Below, piece after piece: positions 39,977 to 60,987 of a stretch of 60,987 bases of DNA. The notes beneath the pieces were generated by a model. That model was not told the DNA's origin, made no database searches, and was given only the letters and a program-made list of their open reading frames with translations. The stretch covers positions 430,857 to 491,843 of the forward strand of contig NW_004797640.1 in NCBI RefSeq assembly GCF_000002075.1. Direction: 5' to 3'. The stretch comes from Aplysia californica (taxonomy: Eukaryota). Position numbers and translations under genes: made by a program. Each line of letters starts with the position of its first letter. Position 1 is the stretch's first letter.

Positions 39977-42399
39977 GCGTGTACAGGGCAACCTATCCAG
40001 ACACCAAACTAACAATATATATGGTCATACTCTTGAAAACATCCAATACACATGACATGAAACCCTATAGTCTACAGCCTTTCACATTGAATACTTATTA
40101 AGCAGTAGTATATATATTCCCAAACTACAGCTGGTCAGCTGTACACATGAATACATGGCTGAAGTTACATGATTCTATCCCATCACTTGTTTTACAGTGG
40201 TCAACGCGGGAACTGCAGCTTTTTCTTTCCTCATCCTTACTATCGTCATTTTCCTCCACTTCTTTTGTTTGTTTGTCACTTTCTTGAGAACTGCTATTTC
40301 AGGGGTGCCTTGACAGTCGAAGCAGACTTTGTGCTGCTGAGGCTAGAACTAGAGAGGTGACCAGAGTAAACCTGATTCCACGTTTGGACTTCTCTGTTGA
40401 CATTCACGCTTTGGCGCTCATATGACCTTATATGCAGTTGTGAATGCCATAAAACCTTACTGAAACTAAACTAAAACACTCAGACCCAGAACTATTTCTG
40501 TATGCCTATCACAAGCATGGGTTAGAACTTAGCAGAAGATTTTGTATTTCTAATGACGACAAAATAATAAACAGGCACTGGAACTGATTATTCTTTTCAA
40601 GCATTATAACATACTTTTTTCAAGCATTATAACATACTTTGCGACTAGAAAAATCAACTATAGGAGCATTATACCAGCAACAATTCCAAATTTCCATAAG
40701 TTCATCTGTAAAACATTTTGCTGAGTCTGATTGAAAGCTGATACAGATACATGTAATAATCCTGCAAGCTGTGACCCTACTAAAGAACAGAAAATAAAAA
40801 GTATAGTTTTCCTCTGATTCTCATAGTTTCATGTATCTCACTGTATCCCCATTTGGCCATACATCAAGCTTACTGGGGACTAGAAACAGAAGCAGGAAAA
40901 GCAAAAGAGAACAGAGCAATGTTGTAGATTTCATTTTCATCATGTCAGAGGTTTTTTTTAGGTCAAAACACAATATTGAGGCTTAGGGAATTATGAAAAT
41001 TCATGGCATAATGATGCAAATGATAAATCTGTACTAAAGGAAAGAAGAAATGAAATAACAACTGTGAGGTGTAAGCCAGCCAGCAAATTTGCTTTAAATG
41101 GTTTTGTCAACTGTAGCTCCTACTTTTAAGTACTACAGTTCGATTTTAACTTCTTTTTATAAATAGCTAAAAGGGTGCAGACTTCAATAAAACAGTTTAG
41201 ATGTGGATTTAACTTTAACTTTGTCAAAGAAAGGCTCTAGGAACATTGTGTGAACACAAATGTACCAAAGAAAAATATTCTAGATTAATGAATTTGTGTC
41301 AAAGAAAGTCTTGTGGCATGGTGAAAAGTTAAAGGAGAAAAAAATAGTTCAAAATTTTGTTGGTAATATTTGCATTTGTCAGAAAATCAAAGCAACCCCT
41401 CCCAACAGCCCAAAAAGCACCTGCCCATCAAAGCCATCTTCCTCCCATACTTTGAACTCCAAAGCGATTCATAACTATCCAGTCAGCATTTCACAAGGAA
41501 GTAATTTCCTGACCCTGGCTAAATGAAATTCCACGAGTGAAACCATAATGGCCACTTCCCTATATCAAACAGACAGTCATACAACCTGCAAAGCACATCA
41601 ACAATCAAGAGACACTCAAAACCACAGATCATACGGAAATTTATCAAAATAAAGTTGAGTACACTTAAACCAAACACGATTAATCTGAAAACAGCAGTGA
41701 ACCAAAAGAAAATAAAAATCACAAATTTTTTTCTTCTATTTTTGAGCAACAGTTCATCTCTATACCAAAAACCCAGAAAAACTGAGAGAAAAAAATTTGC
41801 CAGTCTCACAGATTTCAGTAAGCAGACTGCTGTACTGCCGTGCCAAGGCAGACCCTGCAAAAATTATTAATTTTTGCATCTCCGTTTAAATGGACGCCTC
41901 TATGCCCATTCTGTATCTTGTGTTTATTAAAGCAGGAAGGTGTATCTGCACTACAAATAGGATATTTCACTAGGCACTATGACAAAACAGACGTAACTGA
42001 AGGGCCATGCCCATATTTCCAAAGGAGCGTGACGTAACTCAAAATCATAAAAAGTGCAGATACGTCGCTCTGCCTTGGCATGGTAGTGTATTCTAGTCTT
42101 GCTCATCATTTTGCAAGAACAGGAGAAATAGTTCATTAGTAGAGGTGATAGACGAGTCCTAAATCCTGCCCACAATGAATCAGACCACTAACACATGATA
42201 GCCTAGTACAAAGTTTTAGTGCAATGAAAATAATGCAGAACAAATATACCTAAGTAGGCTACTCCAGGTCATACATATAAAAATAATCCATTAAAAATAG
42301 CGCAAAGTTTTAAAAAACAAAGCACATGATGATGAAATACTGAAGTTCAGCAGTTTTACTATGACGACAACAACAACACAAAATACAAAAGAAACTTCA

Positions 42400-44341
42400 C
42401 ACCATGTAAACTGAAAAGCCGTCTTTATTCGGACTCGGGTCCGGAAAAAAAGGAAGTGTCTTCGTTCTATAGATCTAACGTTACAGTGCTTCCAATTTTC
42501 CGCCATTTTTTAGTTTCCCCCACACCTTTTCTGTCGATCCAATGCCCGCTGCCTCATTGATATGCCCCCCCCACACCCCCCACGTTTCCCACTTTCTTTG
42601 TTGTAGAAAAAGGTAAAATTGAAGATTAGCAGACCACCTGGCACCTGCATTATATTATGAGCTGTGTAAAAAAAAAAAGACCGATTCGTTCAAATACACA
42701 AGCCTGTGTCATCTCGATTGTTTACCAAGAAAAAGTTGTGTTGCTGTGTAGAGCTGAGCATACGACAACTTTTGATTCCATAGACCAGCGCACAATTCAT
42801 TACGTAGATCTATGTCAAGACTAGCTTAATATTGTAATAATGATCAGTTGGCGGGGGGGAAAAAGACTGACACGTATGCGACGTTCAACGCCCGGACCGA
42901 TAGTGCCCCCCCACCCCCCTCCCCGACACGCACATAGCCACACGTGTGCAGGCCGCCCATCCGACCCCGAAACACGCTAACGAGCCATCTTTAAATTGCT
43001 TCTGATGACCTCTTGACAAATAAACATTTATTAGAAGCGCTATAACTTTTCAGGCCGGCCTCAAAACGCCTTTTTGCCCGAAGTGATCCCGGTCTCTACC
43101 CAGCCTGAGGCGAGTCACGAGTGAGGCAGGACAGGAAGCCGGATTCACGAGTCACAGGAAGTCGGAAGTGATGTCATGCTGGACAAGAATAAGAGTCCGA
43201 ATAACATTTTTTCATATTCGGACTCGAGTCCGAATAATCACTTCGTGCTAAAAAACTAAAGTACTAAAGTACTATTTAAAGTAAAAGCCGCACGTACAAG
43301 TTAATATTCAGAAGTTCGTACTCATAATGAAAGTGACCACAGCAGCCACTACTAGCCTACCTAAAACCCAACTGTAACCCTGTACAAAGCATGGGACTCA
43401 TCACTGAACTCACAAGAAAACACACGATCAAGGACACACCCATTTCTTTACTTATTCTATACTATCACACACACAACAATTTATCGTCTTTCGTCAAACA
43501 AGGCCATTTATAAGCAACACTAACTGTTGCAAGTCCATCTGACTAACGCTGCGCGTTTTACCTTTACTGATCCAAGCGTTTCTTGACTGCTCAGTCATTT
43601 TGTTTTGAATGAATAAGCTTAGGATGAAGAAAAGTCTATGAGTATGAACATTTCATGTCGGTAGTCCAGAAGGCTCTCTTTAGACAGAGTGCTCCCCGGC
43701 AGCAACGCGTTCGTTCATAATAACAATTTGCTTTGTTTTGATTGGCTGTCCCTCATCAGATGTCTCAGTTCTCCAGTCTTCAGATCAAGATTAGGTATTG
43801 CCGATTAAAAATGGGATATAACCATTATGAAAACCTGCTAAAACTGTAACCATCCACGAATTTTGATAACGATTAACATGCAGTTTTGACAACTGATGGA
43901 TTTCTCAAATTAAAAATATTTTTTTAAAAATCTTTTTTTAAGCTGTGAAAAGATTCTAAATACGACTGAGAAAATCTCAGGATAAAACTATATCCCCCTA
44001 AAAGTTGTCTAACCATTCGGTTTTCCTAAAAATGCAAGTATTGAAAAGATTATTAAACGTAATAATTTACTTTTTCAGTGAATGTAAAATAATATTTGAC
44101 GAATATGCCATTTTTTGTGCATTAGTTTACAACACATTTGTATTGACAGAGCATATACATATATTTTCATAGTAATGTATGCTTAAAGATTGAAAAGTTA
44201 AATTATTTTCTTTTGTGAATTAACCGGAAATCGAAGACAACATTTTAATATACATGACAAAGCCGAAAGAAGACCGAAAACGAAAAGTAAGGCCCTCTAA
44301 CTTTTCTAACAAGACGACCATAGCACGAAAAGAGCTGCACA
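42400..44341. promoter_or_regulatory. Divergent (head-to-head) GNPAT/PSMA3 promoter region
   Basis: CpG-richer segment between the oppositely oriented genes. Contains a YY1-like AAAATGGCGG on the minus strand (~42499-42508), ETS-like GGAAG/CGGAAGTG cluster (43133-43170; CCGGAAAT ~44224), a palindrome at 43215-43236, and ARE-like TGACnnnGC sites at 43588-43598(-), 44144-44153 and 44254-44263. Confidence 0.6.
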
Positions 44342-58179
<13,838 letters not shown>

Positions 58180-58353
58180 CGACTGTACATAGACTCATCT
58201 ACATAAAAGCTCTCCGCAGTTTTTGTATGAAAGAGAAGAGAGGATCCACCAAATTCTCTGTTTGTCAGTGTTACTGCATGTGAAATTTGTGCTTGATTGA
58301 GAGAAAGATTGCTGTTTGTGGATTTGGTACAAGGTTGTTGGTTTTTTGTGATT

Positions 58354-58359
58354 AATAAA
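58354..58359 (+). terminator. PSMA3 polyadenylation signal AATAAA
   Basis: AATAAA about 175 nt after the stop codon, followed by a T/GT-rich downstream tract. Confidence 0.6.
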
Positions 58360-59914
58360 TGGATTTGTCACTTAAAACTGATACACATATTTTTGTCTTT
58401 ATCAAATTTCATTTAATTAAGTTTTCATGTTGGAGTGTTTATTTTCTCTCACATTTTCTTACTTCTCCATTTTCGCTCACACAATTACTCTACTTTATAG
58501 TGTTTCTGTTTTTAGTTTAATAAGTAAACATTCAGGGAAATTTTGTACCAGTTTGGGTTGGAAAACACAAGGGTTATGTGTGTCTGAGAGATATGAACAA
58601 AATGATAAATAAATTGTTCTCTGCTTCAGACTTTAAAAATGTGAACATATATTTTGAATTGGAGTAGAGGAGCAAAGCATAGTGGATTGGAGACCCAGCA
58701 GCAAGTTCTGCTAACAATAATGGGGATGTGTTTTCACTGTTAAAGATGGGCTCAGTTTTCATGATATTGTCTCTTTTCATCATAATGATCGTCATGTGGA
58801 TATGTGAGGCATACGAGAGGCTGTGTAAGTCAACTGGCTGCTATGGTTTGTTTTAATAAAGATGGTCATTGATGTTGCTGAAGTTTGTTTTTTATTCATT
58901 TATTGTATTTTCCTAGTTGTTATATGTGTAAAGTGTGAAGAGTTGAGCATGCTACAAGGTTGTTCTGTGCTATCTATCTCTCATTCATCTAATTGGTCTT
59001 TTTTTTTTTTTTTTACATAACATCTGCCTTTGCTGTTTTTGACACAAGAATCAATTGATTGTGTGATTTCTGTGCCCTTCAGTTTTGTTGTTTGTAGCCT
59101 TACTGTGAAGTCTGCTTAAACCAAGACTTGCGAGATGCCGAACTTTCTTTGGTTTAGAGAAGTCACTGAAATAGGAGAATAAAACTCTAGGATTGTACTG
59201 TCAAACCTCGCCACCCTTGGGACAGGCATGAAATGAAGTTGGCAGAACAGTAGGGCTGGCGGTTCAACTTCAACGGGGTTTCTCTGTTGTATGGCCCAGA
59301 CTGCCCAAGGGCAAGGAACATGATTCTGCTTTATGGTCTGTATTTGAAAAGTGTCCTTTTCTTGGATATAACATGTGCATGCACATGTATTCAGAGCTGA
59401 GAGTCTTCTCTTTGCTTTCTCTATTTTTATGTCTCTCTGGTGGGAGAAAGATTATCAAGTAACCAACCAGTGGGTGCTGTGCAGTGTGTACCTTTGATGT
59501 TGTTGCTCTCTTGTAACATCTCTGTGGGCGGTTGGCGGGCACTCTGGTATGGTTTGCTCCTTCTTTACTATCAAACATCTATCGTCCTTATCTCCCCTTC
59601 TTCTTTTTTATGTTTGTTACTCCCTTGTAACACCTCTAATCTTCTGGCGCTCATATGACCTTGTGGGGTTGCGAGCGCCGTAAAACCTGTACTAAAACTA
59701 AACGAACACCTCTAATCTTCGGCACTTATAGTTATACATTGTATGACCTTTTTGTGTTGCCAGTGCAGTGAAACTCTTACTAAAACTATCCTCCCCAGAT
59801 TCCATTGGAAGAGCAGGACTTGGTTGGTGGTTGGCCGGTGCTCTGGTGTGGTTTGCACCTTCTTTTCAATGAAACTTCTATCATCCTTATATCTCCTTTA
59901 ATTTTTTCATGAGA

Positions 59915-60080
59915 CTGTGGGTTTGGGGGTTCGAGCCCCGGCTCGATTCAATGTTGTCCTTGGGGAAAGGCATGTTACACAAATTTCCCTCATGGCTCGG
60001 TCGTTTTTGAGATGGACTGTAAAATAGGAGGTCCCGCCTCTTAAATAATCTAATAGTGTTGATAGGGGGTGTTAAACCTA
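59915..60080 (+). mobile_element. SINE fragment (B-box plus V/CORE-like domain)
   Basis: GGTTCGAGCCC B-box followed by GTTGTCCTTGGGGAAAGGCATGTTACACAAATTTCC, homologous to the 6280-6592 SINE core. Confidence 0.5.
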
Positions 60081-60668
60081 TACCATTTCACCATTTTCAC
60101 CTTCTTTTTTTTAGGATGCCTTATCTGTATGTTACTATCTGAATCTAGTAAACCTCTATATCTTCAGATCTTATATATTATGACCTAATTGTGTTTCAAG
60201 TGGCGTAGAATGAAACACATAATTTCCTAGTGTTGTTACAGCGTCCCAACAGGAAAAACAGAATCGAATCTCCAATACCAAATTTCGATTGCCATGCCTA
60301 AATTAAGGCCGAGACAGGCATTGTCTATTGAAACAGCAGAAGCAAAGTGTGAACAAAACGACGGTCAAATACTGTCGAAATTATCCAGAACGGCCAATCA
60401 CTGACGAGGAAAAAAGTGGTCGCCATAGAGAAGTGGTCGTCTTACACAGGGTCATTATAATGTAAAAAAAATACAAAAGGGAGAAATGGGAAATGGCTGT
60501 TTGTATTATTATATAGAGGTGATTGTCTTACTACCTGTATATATTATATATACCCGGTACAGATAGTCGTTAGAGCACGTTCGGCTGCACCTGCTTATGA
60601 GTAGTAAGAGGAGAAAATTGATACAGATTTCCCACCCCCCAAAAAAAGAACACACACACTCACACAAG

Positions 60669-60744
60669 GGTCTCTCGTGGCCTAGAGGTTAAGGTGTTGG
60701 CCTCTCATTCAAAAGGTCCCGGATTCGAATCCGGGTAGCGACCG
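60669..60744 (+). mobile_element. tRNA-derived SINE head or tRNA pseudogene (Glu-CTC-like loop)
   Basis: A-box TGGCCTAGAGG, B-box-like GGATTCGAATCC, D-arm GCCT/AGGT, acceptor-like GGTCTCT/AGCGACC. The anticodon and T stems are non-canonical. Confidence 0.55.
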
Positions 60745-60987
60745 AAAATTTTTCTCCTCTAAAATGGTCTCCTTTCACCTTCTTTCCTGCTCTCTAGCAA
60801 TGTTCTGTTGTCTTCTTTCATTTCCACTTTCTGCCCCCACCCCTCACCTCCTTTGCCCCCTCCGCTGGGCTCCTGACTCTTTCTGCAGCCTTTCTACTGC
60901 TACTCCTAGGCTCCTCCTTACTGCTGTCTTTCTGCCACACCCCTGATCTTCTGGTAGGAAAGATCTACACCTAGCCTTCTCGGACAA

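Noticed and set aside
39614-40055. Long ORFs containing X runs
   Set aside because: Artefacts of the N gap.
42291-42506. ORF MAENWKH... as the GNPAT N-terminus
   Set aside because: The best-looking donor (TG|GTGTGA) is not phase-compatible with the 37405 exon in this frame, and the peptide shows no similarity to GNPAT. Treated as a YY1-like motif or uORF.

Overview
Intron-rich animal genomic DNA, probably a lophotrochozoan such as a gastropod (inferred from repeat style, not verified). There are three N gaps and three spliced protein-coding genes, which I reconstructed by hand with GT-AG boundaries and continuous reading frames. (1) The 3' 14 coding exons of a filamin-repeat/HECT E3 ubiquitin ligase, AREL1-like (+, 41-12064), possibly followed by a very long 3'UTR. 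(2) Peroxisomal dihydroxyacetone-phosphate acyltransferase GNPAT (-, 37405-23421), ending in PTS1 -AKL; its 5' end is unresolved. (3) Complete proteasome subunit alpha type-3 PSMA3 (+, 44342-58179, 10 exons, 254 aa), head-to-head with GNPAT. The introns are dense with MITEs, nested DNA transposon remnants (Tc1, pogo/Tigger-like, TTAA- and TAA-target elements), RTE LINE 3' fragments, tRNA-derived SINEs and about 16 copies of a retroposon 3'-end family. Most notable: a tandemly amplified AREL1 splice donor that creates candidate in-frame and poison 27-nt microexons; compensatory covariation in the 3' stem-loop of the retroposon family; a 22-bp perfect palindrome repeated in the GNPAT/PSMA3 divergent promoter; ARE-like sites upstream of PSMA3; and a multi-element transposon cluster in PSMA3 intron 1 that carries its own splice signals. 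I found no prokaryotic-type systems. Most ORFs in the supplied track are spurious. All homology statements come from recalled protein sequences, not from searches.
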